Below, piece after piece: positions 44,742-53,448 of a stretch of DNA of 64,000 nucleotides. The position numbers were made by a program, and so were the translations under genes. The notes below the pieces were generated by a model. The model was not told where the DNA came from. It was given only the letters and a program-made list of their open reading frames with translations, and searched no databases. Origin of the DNA: Candidatus Magasanikiibacteriota bacterium (GTDB taxonomy: Bacteria; Patescibacteriota; Patescibacteriia; Magasanikbacterales; GWA2-37-8); contig JAUSEN010000029.1 in NCBI GenBank assembly GCA_030650025.1, positions 287 through 64,286 on the forward strand, read 5' to 3'. The number at the start of each line of letters is the position of its first letter. Position 1 is the stretch's first letter.

Positions 44742-45893
44742 ATGATTATCCCATACGGTAGACAATCCATTGGGGCCGATGATATTGCCGCTGTGGAGGC
44801 GGTGCTCCGATCGGATCGGCTGACCCAAGGGCCCAAGGTGGAAGAGTTCGAGCAGGCGCTTGCCGAGTACTGCGGCGCTCGGTTTGCCGTCGTTACCAGT
44901 AGTGGCACTAGCGCGCTCCATACCGCGTATGCCGCTGTCGGGCTTAGCGCCGGAGATGAAATTATTTCTTCGCCTATTACTTTTCCGGCTACTACTAATG
45001 CCGCGCTTTGGCAGGGCGCTAAGCCAGTATTTGTGGATGTAGAATCAAAAACCGGGAATATCAATGTTGACTTAATTAAAGCCAGCATTACTTCCAAAAC
45101 CAAGGCCATTGTGCCGGTTGATTATACTGGTCGGCCGGTTAATTTGGCTGCCATTAAAAAATTGGCACAGCAGCATAATTTGGTGGTTATTGAAGATGCT
45201 TGCCAGGCGCTCGGCGCAACGTATCACGGCAAAAAAATCGGTTCTATTAGTGATTTAACCGTGTTTAGTTTTCATCCTGTCAAGAGTATTACCACGGGCG
45301 AGGGTGGAGCCGTGCTGACTGACAATGAAAATTGGTACAAAAAAATGAAGATGTTTGTTACCCACGGCGTAACAAAAGCACCGGATAATCTTACGATTTC
45401 TTCCCCCGGTGCTTGGTATTTTGAAATGCAATTATTGGGTAATAATTATCGTTTAACCGACCTACAAGCCGCGCTCGGCATCAGCCAATTAAAAAAGCTT
45501 GATCAGTTTGTGGCTCGCCGTCGTGAATTAGTTACGCGGTATAGCGCCGCCTTAGCAGATCAGGCCGCTATTGTCACTCCGCCGGCTGATTCTACTTCAG
45601 AAGAATCAGCGTGGCACTTGTATGTTATTCAGTTGCAAGGAAAATTATCAGGCCAGCGCGCGGAGATGTTCAAAAAACTGCAAGAGTCTGGGGTTGGAGT
45701 TCAAGTTCATCATATGCTTTCGTATTATCATCCATATTATCAGAAACTTGGGTATTTGCGTGGTGCCTGCCCACGGGCAGAGGCCTGGTACGAATCAATT
45801 ATTTCTTTGCCGCTATATCCTGATTTAACACTGGCGGATCAAGATTATGTCATAAAAACCGTTAAAGATTTCGCAGAAAGCTTGCAAAAATAA
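44742..45893 (+). CDS. pseC: UDP-4-amino-4,6-dideoxy-N-acetyl-beta-L-altrosamine transaminase (PseC-like, DegT family)
   Basis: MIIPYGRQSIGADDIAAVEAVLRSDRLTQGPKVEEFE..., FSFHPVKSITTGEGGAV, and the position directly after pseB. Confidence 0.75.
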   Translation: MIIPYGRQSIGADDIAAVEAVLRSDRLTQGPKVEEFEQALAEYCGARFAVVTSSGTSALHTAYAAVGLSAGDEIISSPITFPATTNAALWQGAKPVFVDVESKTGNINVDLIKASITSKTKAIVPVDYTGRPVNLAAIKKLAQQHNLVVIEDACQALGATYHGKKIGSISDLTVFSFHPVKSITTGEGGAVLTDNENWYKKMKMFVTHGVTKAPDNLTISSPGAWYFEMQLLGNNYRLTDLQAALGISQLKKLDQFVARRRELVTRYSAALADQAAIVTPPADSTSEESAWHLYVIQLQGKLSGQRAEMFKKLQESGVGVQVHHMLSYYHPYYQKLGYLRGACPRAEAWYESIISLPLYPDLTLADQDYVIKTVKDFAESLQK

Positions 45894-45902
45894 AGCTTTT
45901 GT

Positions 45903-46601
45903 ATGGAGAAAAATATTTTGGCAATCATTACCGCTCGGGGCGGCAGCAAGAGAATCCCGCGCAAAAATATTAAATTATTTTTAGGCCAGCCAATTATTAA
46001 ATATTCTATCGGGGCCTCGCTACAAGCTGGTATTTTTGCGGAAGTAATGGTATCTACGGACGATCGCGCCATCGCTGACGTGGCAGAAAGTTCCGGCGCC
46101 ACCGTGCCCTTTTTCCGTTCCGAAAAAAATTCCGGAGACCAGGCCACTACCGCTGATGTCATGCTAGAGGTGCTAGCTGAATATCAAAAACAAGGTAAAA
46201 ATTTTGATTATGTTTGTTGTTTATATCCGACCGCTCCCTTCGTAACCTCGGCCCGGTTGGTTGAAGCAGTAAAGTTATTAGACCAAACTGGTTCGGACGC
46301 CGTGTTGCCAGTAACCCGTTTTAGTTTTCCCATTCAACGAGCGTTAAAAATTGAGAGCAATCTTGTCAAGATGATCTGGCCAGAAAATTTAAATATCCGC
46401 TCGCAAGACTTAATGCCCGCGTATCATGACTGTGGACAATTTTATGCTTTAAATATTAAAAGTTTTTTGGAGCAAAAAAAATTATATATGGATAAAACCG
46501 CGCCGCTTATCATACCTGAGTCCGAAGTGCAAGATATCGACACCGAAGAAGACTGGAAGATTGCGGAAATGAAATATAAAATTTTACAAGCCGGCAAGTA
46601 A
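45903..46601 (+). CDS. pseF: CMP-nonulosonic acid synthetase (PseF/NeuA-family cytidylyltransferase)
   Basis: AIITARGGSKRIPRKNIK matches the acylneuraminate cytidylyltransferase N-terminal motif. Confidence 0.7.
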   Translation: MEKNILAIITARGGSKRIPRKNIKLFLGQPIIKYSIGASLQAGIFAEVMVSTDDRAIADVAESSGATVPFFRSEKNSGDQATTADVMLEVLAEYQKQGKNFDYVCCLYPTAPFVTSARLVEAVKLLDQTGSDAVLPVTRFSFPIQRALKIESNLVKMIWPENLNIRSQDLMPAYHDCGQFYALNIKSFLEQKKLYMDKTAPLIIPESEVQDIDTEEDWKIAEMKYKILQAGK

Positions 46602-46622
46602 ATATTTAATTAAACTAACAGC

Positions 46623-47705
46623 ATGGAGCCAATCGTTATCCAAACTCCAAAAGGAAAAAAGAAAATTGGGCCGGGAGAACCGTGTTTTATTATTGCTGAA
46701 ATGTCTGTGAATCATCAGCAGAATTATGAACAGGCGGCGGAAATTGTGCGCGCGGCGGCGCGCTCTGGTGCTGATGCCATTAAAGTGCAGACGTTTACGC
46801 CGGAGAGCCTCACGATTGATTCTGATAAACGCTGGTTTACACAGCGTAGCCAAGATAACCCGGCCGAGTGGGGCGGGCAGACTCTCTACCAACTATACCA
46901 AAAAGCCACCATGCCCTGGGAGTGGCAGCCCAAGTTACAAAAAATTGCCCACGAAGAGGGTATAGTATTTTTTTCTACGCCCCAAGACCAAGCCTCGGTT
47001 GATTTTTTGGAAACGTTACAGGTGCCGTGCTATAAAGTTGCGTCGTACGAAGCAGTGGATATTTCTTTGTTGCATATGGTGGCAAGAACCAAAAAGCCGG
47101 TTATTTTATCGGTGGGTTTTGCGACGCAGGACGAAATTAAAGAGGCGGTCCAGGCTTTGCGTTCAGGCGGCGGGGGCGATATCGCGCTCCTCCATTGCCT
47201 TACCTCATACGCAGACAACTCTGACTATGTTACCGCTAATTTGCGCACCATGCAGGATTTGCAAAAGCAGTACGGTGTGGTAGTCGGGTTTTCCGATAAC
47301 AATGGCGGCATAGAAATTCCCGTAATGGCGGTGACTGCCGGCGCCGCGATTGTTGAGAAGCACTTGGTGCTCGAACACGGCACCGGCGCGCTTGATGATA
47401 GGTTTTCTCTGTCAGTTGATGAGTTTGGCGAAATGGTAAAACGCATTCGTCGTGCTGAAGCAATTTTAGGCGCAGTGCATTATGGGCCGCAGAATGATTT
47501 TGAAAAACAGAATCTTTATTTTCGGCGGTCTTTATTCGTGGTCGAAGCCATTAAAAAAGGAGAGGTGTTTACTTTAAAAAATGTTCGTTCGATACGCCCC
47601 TCGCACGGCCTGCCGCCCAGCGAACTCGATAAAATTATTGGCAAAACCGCGGCCTGCGATATCGAGCGCGGCACGCCGCTAAACTGGGAAATAGTGTCTA
47701 GGTAA
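46623..47705 (+). CDS. pseI: Nonulosonic acid synthase (PseI/NeuB family) with a C-terminal SAF domain
   Basis: CFIIAEMSVNHQQNYEQAAEIVRAAARSGADAIKVQTF matches the NeuB N-terminal motif. The C-terminal about 60 aa (FTLKNVRSIRPSHGL) is SAF-like. Confidence 0.75.
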   Translation: MEPIVIQTPKGKKKIGPGEPCFIIAEMSVNHQQNYEQAAEIVRAAARSGADAIKVQTFTPESLTIDSDKRWFTQRSQDNPAEWGGQTLYQLYQKATMPWEWQPKLQKIAHEEGIVFFSTPQDQASVDFLETLQVPCYKVASYEAVDISLLHMVARTKKPVILSVGFATQDEIKEAVQALRSGGGGDIALLHCLTSYADNSDYVTANLRTMQDLQKQYGVVVGFSDNNGGIEIPVMAVTAGAAIVEKHLVLEHGTGALDDRFSLSVDEFGEMVKRIRRAEAILGAVHYGPQNDFEKQNLYFRRSLFVVEAIKKGEVFTLKNVRSIRPSHGLPPSELDKIIGKTAACDIERGTPLNWEIVSR

Positions 47706-47709
47706 TTGT

Positions 47710-48678
47710 ATGAGCCACCCCGCTATTAAAAATATTCTTATCACCTGCGCCGGCGGCAGTGGGCCGTTGTATTTGGCTAAACAACTTAAGAAAAAAGGGT
47801 ACCACGTGTACCTCTCTGACGGCAGCAACGAGTCGATAGCTCGGTTTTTGGGTTTTCCGTTTGCTCTCATGCCGTTTGGCAATAGCCAGCAATACCTGCC
47901 GGCTGTAAAAGACCTGATTCGTCGCTGGAATATACAATGTATTGTGCCGGGCGCGGATGAAGAATTGTTAGCAGTTGCAAAATTGTGTGAAGAGATTCCT
48001 CATTTACAAGCAGTACTTCCACGCAAAGATTTTATTGCGGCCTGCCTTAATAAAAAAGAGTTAATGAAACGTTTAGCGAAGCTGTCAATTTCTTCTTTAC
48101 TGTCTTTTGCCACGCGGCGCTCGGTTGCGTACCCGGCCGCTGTTAAGCCTATGTACGGCCGCGGATCCCGTGGGTTCCACATTGTTCATAATAGCCGGCA
48201 GTTAGCCGGTTATCTGGCGTTATACAATAAAAAATTCAGCGAGCTGGTAGTGCAGCCGTATATTGCCGGTGACGAATACACGGTTTCGGTAATTGTAAAT
48301 AATAAGAATCAATTGTTAGCAATAGTCTGCAAGAAAATCTTGCTCAAGCGCGGCATAACCAAGGCGGCGGTGGTGGTTAAAAATAATGTCATCGATCGCG
48401 TATGCCGAATGATTGTTAAAAAAATGTCGCCTGGCGGTCCCTTTAACGTGCAGTTAAAGCTGTATAAAGGCAAGGTTTATATTTTTGAGATTAATCCTCG
48501 GTTGTCAACAACCTCGGTGTTAACCGACCAAGCTTGTGGCAATGAGGTTGAGCTGTATATCCATAGTTTTAATCGCGCGGTTATTAAAAAGCAACTCCCG
48601 GTACAGAGTGGCATTTTTTTGTATCGATACGAAGAAAATTTTTTTAAGTTTTCACGAACCAAGCTAAAACGCGTATGA
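47710..48678 (+). CDS. ATP-grasp domain protein (carboxylate-amine ligase-like)
   Basis: AVKPMYGRGSRGFHIV...ELVVQPYIAGDEYTVSVI...YIFEINPRLSTT follows the ATP-grasp pattern. Confidence 0.55.
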   Translation: MSHPAIKNILITCAGGSGPLYLAKQLKKKGYHVYLSDGSNESIARFLGFPFALMPFGNSQQYLPAVKDLIRRWNIQCIVPGADEELLAVAKLCEEIPHLQAVLPRKDFIAACLNKKELMKRLAKLSISSLLSFATRRSVAYPAAVKPMYGRGSRGFHIVHNSRQLAGYLALYNKKFSELVVQPYIAGDEYTVSVIVNNKNQLLAIVCKKILLKRGITKAAVVVKNNVIDRVCRMIVKKMSPGGPFNVQLKLYKGKVYIFEINPRLSTTSVLTDQACGNEVELYIHSFNRAVIKKQLPVQSGIFLYRYEENFFKFSRTKLKRV

Positions 48679-49532
48679 AGGTACTCTTGATCGGCGGTTC
48701 GCGCTTTACCGGCCCGGCCATTGTCGCCGAATTGCTTAAAAAAAATTACGAGGTGACGGTTTTTAATCGCGGTAATATTACCGAAAGGCACGACCCCAAG
48801 GTTCGCTTTATTAAAGGGGATCGCAACAGCGGGTTTAACCTCCGTGATCATTTTGATGCGGTAATCGACACTTGCGCGTACACCAAAGAGCAGATCAAGC
48901 GGTCACTCGGCGAATTACAGTTCGATTATTATCTATTCGTAAGTACGGCAGCAGTGTATCGCAAAACGCACGTTTTTCCTTTAACCGAAGTCAATTCGCC
49001 GCGCGGGCCCTGGCCTGTGTGGGGGGAATATAGTGCGAGAAAAATTGAGTGTGAAGAAGCGCTCGAGCACAGCGGCGCGGCGCATGCGATTGTTCGCCCG
49101 GTATATATTTTAGGCCCGCACAATCCGGTTGATCGCGAAAATTTTATTTATTCTCGGTTAAGAAACAACACCCCACTCACACTGCCGGGTAATGGATCAG
49201 CCATCATTCAGTTTATTTTTGTGCAGGATATCGCTCGGATCTACGCAAGGTTAGTTGAACAAAAAATTACCGGCATTTTTAATTGCGCTGGCTCCGAAGG
49301 TATTACCTTAATTGGCTTAGTTGAGGAAATGGCGCGTATCGTGGGGGTACCACCCCAGATTGAATTTAACCCGGCCGCTGATGGTGACAAATTTGACGAG
49401 CGTCAATTCCCTTTTGCGAATGAAAATTTTTTTTGTGATAACATCAAACTCAAGCAACTTGGTTTTACCCCCAGCTCGCTCATAACAGGATTGCGTCAAG
49501 ATTACGTTGGCTACTATCGAGATTTTCGTTAA
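48675..49532 (+). CDS. NAD(P)-dependent oxidoreductase (atypical SDR/NmrA-like)
   Basis: MKVLLIGGSRFTGPAIVAELLKKNYEVTVFNRG is a Rossmann N-terminus. Confidence 0.5.
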   Translation: MKVLLIGGSRFTGPAIVAELLKKNYEVTVFNRGNITERHDPKVRFIKGDRNSGFNLRDHFDAVIDTCAYTKEQIKRSLGELQFDYYLFVSTAAVYRKTHVFPLTEVNSPRGPWPVWGEYSARKIECEEALEHSGAAHAIVRPVYILGPHNPVDRENFIYSRLRNNTPLTLPGNGSAIIQFIFVQDIARIYARLVEQKITGIFNCAGSEGITLIGLVEEMARIVGVPPQIEFNPAADGDKFDERQFPFANENFFCDNIKLKQLGFTPSSLITGLRQDYVGYYRDFR

Positions 49533-49542
49533 AGATTAGCGC

Positions 49543-50241
49543 GTGAGTATGTATTTTATTGGCGACGTTCACAACAATATTCAAGAACTTAAGAAACTAC
49601 TGGCAACCCTCAATTTATCAGGCGGAGCCGAGCTCGTTTTTTTAGGTGACTACATTGACAAAAATACTTCAACCCAGGAAACCGTAGAGTTTCTCCTTTC
49701 GCTTTGCCAAGAGTATCACTGTGTCTTTCTCAAAGGGAATCACGATTTTGTATGGGACAGGTACCTTAACCATCAGGAGTACGCGCGGCAGGAGTTTCTC
49801 CTCAAGTACGGTTCAGCAGAATCTTTGCGGCAGTACAGTGGTTCCCCCGAGGTTTTAATTAAAAATAATGATGTCGCCGCGATCAAAGTTTTTTTCCGAG
49901 ACTACTTGAAACTTCTAGCGCTCACGCAGGATTATTTTCTAGCCGATTCATATCTGGCGGTTCACGCCGGGCTGTCGCCGGACCAGCTTAATCAGCAGCC
50001 GCTCGTTTGGAGCGAACTTAACTATTTTTTACGACCCAAGCGCATGGTGCTGGATAAAAAATATCTCGGTACCCATGCCGTAGTGGCCGGTCACACTTTT
50101 TTGTCAGACACCCCGACTATTTATCCCGGGTATATCAACGTCGATTTAGGGGCTGGATATGGCCAGTACCTGGGCGCTTTGAGCACGGAAGACAACGCCG
50201 TTATAAGATCAGATGGAAAAATATTTACTCTTAATATTTAA
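49543..50241 (+). CDS. Calcineurin-like metallophosphoesterase
   Basis: GDVHNN, LVFLGDYIDKN and FLKGNHDF correspond to the GDxHG / GDxxDRG / GNH(D/E) metal-binding motifs. Confidence 0.65.
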   Translation: MSMYFIGDVHNNIQELKKLLATLNLSGGAELVFLGDYIDKNTSTQETVEFLLSLCQEYHCVFLKGNHDFVWDRYLNHQEYARQEFLLKYGSAESLRQYSGSPEVLIKNNDVAAIKVFFRDYLKLLALTQDYFLADSYLAVHAGLSPDQLNQQPLVWSELNYFLRPKRMVLDKKYLGTHAVVAGHTFLSDTPTIYPGYINVDLGAGYGQYLGALSTEDNAVIRSDGKIFTLNI

Positions 50242-50244
50242 AAT

Positions 50245-50916
50245 ATGAAGTCAAAAATTTTGGTTGTTGCCGCTCATCCGGATGATGAGCTCCTTGGAGT
50301 TGGGGGAACAGTGGCGTATCACAGCGGAAAAGGGGATAGCGTGTATGCTCTTATTTTAGGGCAAGGAGCATTATCGCGAAGCGGAGCCAAACCAGCCGCA
50401 GTTACTAAATTGCACGAACAGGCCAAACAGGCCAGCAAGATAATTGGATTTAGAGAAGTTTTTTTTGCAGATTTTCCTGACAATGCCTTTGATTCCGTAA
50501 GTTTACTTACGATTACTCAGGAGGTCGAAAAGTATCTTACCAAGATTGCGCCAGACCGAGTGTATACTCATCATGAATATGATCTCAATATTGATCACCG
50601 ACTAACTTTCCAGGCTGTCCTTACTGCCTGCCGGCCTTGCAATCAGTATTGCCCGCGCGAACTGTACACGTTCGAGACACTTTCTTCCACAGAATGGCAG
50701 AGTAAAGATCATAAACAGTTTCAACCAACAGTGTATCAAGATATTACCGCTACTATTGGTACAAAGTTAAAAGCCTTAGCCTGCTATGCCGGTGAAATGC
50801 GCTCATATCCGCACCCACGTTCGTTAGAAGGAGCGAAAATTTTGGCTCAATGTCGAGGATTAGAAGTACAGCTTAAATACGCTGAAGCTTTTCATTTAAT
50901 AAGGAAGATTCAATAA
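50245..50916 (+). CDS. PIG-L/LmbE-family N-deacetylase
   Basis: ILVVAAHPDDELLGVGGTVA is the signature HPDDE zinc-binding N-terminus. Confidence 0.7.
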   Translation: MKSKILVVAAHPDDELLGVGGTVAYHSGKGDSVYALILGQGALSRSGAKPAAVTKLHEQAKQASKIIGFREVFFADFPDNAFDSVSLLTITQEVEKYLTKIAPDRVYTHHEYDLNIDHRLTFQAVLTACRPCNQYCPRELYTFETLSSTEWQSKDHKQFQPTVYQDITATIGTKLKALACYAGEMRSYPHPRSLEGAKILAQCRGLEVQLKYAEAFHLIRKIQ

Positions 50917-50924
50917 AGTAAAGT

Positions 50925-51521
50925 ATGGAAGCTGCTGATCAATTGCAAGAAATGTTGGAAAACGAGGCGCCTAGTCGGAGCGATGCTATTGTTTGGTTAC
51001 AAGGCGATCAATATGATCGAGGCAAAAAAGTGTTCGAGTTATACCAAGAAAAATTTGCGCCGCGGATTATTATAACTGGAAATGATGAATTGATTGGCCA
51101 AGGGAAGCGTTTTGAAGAGAGTAATATTTCACTTAATGCCATGCGTAGTTGGTTGCTAGCCCGGGGGGTAGCGCCGCCAGATATTACCGTTGATGCTGAT
51201 CCGCTCAATACGCGCGAACAAGCCGAGCACGTTATCCAACTTGCCAAAAAAAATGATTGGCGCCAGCTAATATTAGTTGGCTCTATATATTATCAAATGC
51301 GTGCTTTCCTAACTTTTTTAAAGTACGCTAAAGAAAGTGACTGGACGGGACGCATTTTGAATCAGATGGCAAAAATTAAGTGGGACGATGTACCAAGCGG
51401 ACGTCAACAAACCGCTCGGACGTATTTTTTGGTTGACAAGAAAAAAATTGAGCAGTATCGAGCGCACGTCGCGCCCGTCGCCGAGGGGATTGCTTATTTA
51501 AAATCACGCCGAAGCATATGA
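50925..51521 (+). CDS. DUF218/YdcF-like domain protein
   Basis: IVWLQGDQYDRG...RIIITGN...GVAPPDITVDADPLNTREQAEH follows the YdcF/ElyC pattern. Confidence 0.45.
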   Translation: MEAADQLQEMLENEAPSRSDAIVWLQGDQYDRGKKVFELYQEKFAPRIIITGNDELIGQGKRFEESNISLNAMRSWLLARGVAPPDITVDADPLNTREQAEHVIQLAKKNDWRQLILVGSIYYQMRAFLTFLKYAKESDWTGRILNQMAKIKWDDVPSGRQQTARTYFLVDKKKIEQYRAHVAPVAEGIAYLKSRRSI

Positions 51522-52156
51522 TAATTAATCTACTCACTGATAATCCACAAAGTTGGATTATCCCATACGTTAAGCAGGCAGCAGAAGAATTGCGTTCTCT
51601 TGGCCACACGGTATATTTTGTCCACAATCAAAAAGATATTGTGGCGGGAGACTGCGCCTTTTTTTTGGGGTGTGAAAAACTAGTAAAATCCGAGACGCTC
51701 AAAAAAAATAAACACAATCTTGTAATTCATGAAAGCGCTCTGCCCGCGGGCAAGGGTTGGTCGCCGCTCACCTGGCAAATTTTAGATGGAAAAAATGACA
51801 TACCCGTGTCGCTGTTTGAAGCGGAAGCGGCAGTTGATAACGGCCCGATTTATTTTCAGGACACGCTTCATTTTGCGGGGTATGAATTAAATAAAGAATT
51901 GAAAGAGGCCCAGGGGCGACTATCAATAGAGTTAGTTAAGCGTTTTGTTCTCGCCTACCCGGCGATTACTGGGCAGAGGCAGGCTGGCGCCGCGACTTTT
52001 TATTCGCGGCGCACTCCTAAAGACAGCGAATTAGACGTAAACAAAACAATCGCCGAGCAATTTAATTTGTTCCGAGTTGTTGATAATGAAAACTACCCCG
52101 CTTTTTTCAATCACCTCGGCCATAAATATATAATAAAAATATACAAATTCGAATAA
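51518..52156 (+). CDS. Formyltransferase (sugar N-formyltransferase-like, Fmt/PurN fold)
   Basis: NLVIHESALPAGKGWSPLTWQILDG matches the formyltransferase catalytic motif (HxSLLPxxxG). Confidence 0.6.
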   Translation: MIINLLTDNPQSWIIPYVKQAAEELRSLGHTVYFVHNQKDIVAGDCAFFLGCEKLVKSETLKKNKHNLVIHESALPAGKGWSPLTWQILDGKNDIPVSLFEAEAAVDNGPIYFQDTLHFAGYELNKELKEAQGRLSIELVKRFVLAYPAITGQRQAGAATFYSRRTPKDSELDVNKTIAEQFNLFRVVDNENYPAFFNHLGHKYIIKIYKFE

Positions 52157-52180
52157 AAATCAGCTATCGAATTAAAAATC

Positions 52181-53443
52181 TCACCGATATCTTCTAAAGA
52201 GAAAGAGTAGTAGCACAAAGTACACTCCTTGTGCCGCGAGTCTCGAGGCCACCAGCCCCCACAGGCCATAAATTGGCAATAGTACTAAGTACAAAACAAT
52301 TTTGGTAATTGAATTCGCTGTATTTACCACGTACAGCTCTTTCTTTTTGGCGTGAGCAAAAAAGGTTTGCGCAATCAAGACGTCCATCGTCAAAATTATT
52401 GCCAACGACAGTACTTGTGAATACTTTATTGACTCCAGGTATTGTGGGAAAATGAGCTTAAAGACATAGGGCACGGCTATGATATAAATTATGATTAACA
52501 TGAGGCTCAATATAAATAGTCTAAGCATTTTGGCTGTCAAACCAGCTTTAATTTCTTGAATAGTTTTAGCGCTTAATTTAGGTAAACTGATATCTTTTAA
52601 GAGCCCTTTGGTGATGTCCGATAGCATATCCACCGGTTTGGTGGCAAAGGCGTAAATTGCGAGTTTGGCCGGCCCTAAAAAGTGGAATACCAGAATTTTA
52701 TCAATTTGATTGGCGATACTCGTGAGTACATTTATCAGCGTCAAATGCTTAGCAAAATTAAATGTTTCCTGGTCGATAAGATTATTTTCCAGTTTTATAA
52801 TTTTGGGAGTATAAAAATAATAAAAACTGACTACCGCGGTATTAATCAAAAAATAAAGAAAAATGATAACCAAAATCTGGGTTGTCAGGAGCAGGGCGGC
52901 AGTAATTGTTAAAAGATACAAGCTGGTTTGAATAATATTATAAATACTGATTAATTTAAAGTTTTTTTTGCCGGATAAATACGGCATATAAATTCCCACA
53001 CATTCCTGGAACGGCGAAAATAGCCCGATAATTAGCATGGCTGAACCGAGCAGCGTCTGTCCGTGTAAAAAGTAGAAGATAGCAGTACTCGCGGCAACCA
53101 CCGGTATGATTAGGCTCCCTTTTAAACGTACCCAAAAAGCCTTTTTATACATGCCATCGAAACCTTTGGCAAACGCTGGAATTAGCGCCTTATTCATTCC
53201 GGCCGTGAGCGAAAATCCAGAAATAGTCGCTGATAAGGCGAGGATATACTTAAAAACTCCGTAATTTTCTGGAGACAACAAATTGGCAAAAAGTATGGAT
53301 GTCGTTAACCCGGCAAAAATAGCGTATCCGTTATTGAGAGTAATCCAAAAACCGCTTTTTGTAATATACAACATGTCGGTTTTGGTATATTTTTGGCTCC
53401 ACAGCAAGAATGCCTTAATTTTGCTTCTAAAAAAATTTAGCAT
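52181..53443 (-). CDS. wzx: Polysaccharide biosynthesis protein / oligosaccharide flippase (Wzx family)
   Basis: 420 aa with about 12 TM helices and a Polysacc_synt-type N-terminus (YAIFAGLTTSILFANLLSPENYGVFKYILAL). Confidence 0.6.
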   Translation of the reverse strand: MLNFFRSKIKAFLLWSQKYTKTDMLYITKSGFWITLNNGYAIFAGLTTSILFANLLSPENYGVFKYILALSATISGFSLTAGMNKALIPAFAKGFDGMYKKAFWVRLKGSLIIPVVAASTAIFYFLHGQTLLGSAMLIIGLFSPFQECVGIYMPYLSGKKNFKLISIYNIIQTSLYLLTITAALLLTTQILVIIFLYFLINTAVVSFYYFYTPKIIKLENNLIDQETFNFAKHLTLINVLTSIANQIDKILVFHFLGPAKLAIYAFATKPVDMLSDITKGLLKDISLPKLSAKTIQEIKAGLTAKMLRLFILSLMLIIIYIIAVPYVFKLIFPQYLESIKYSQVLSLAIILTMDVLIAQTFFAHAKKKELYVVNTANSITKIVLYLVLLPIYGLWGLVASRLAAQGVYFVLLLFLFRRYR

Positions 53444-53448
53444 AAGAT

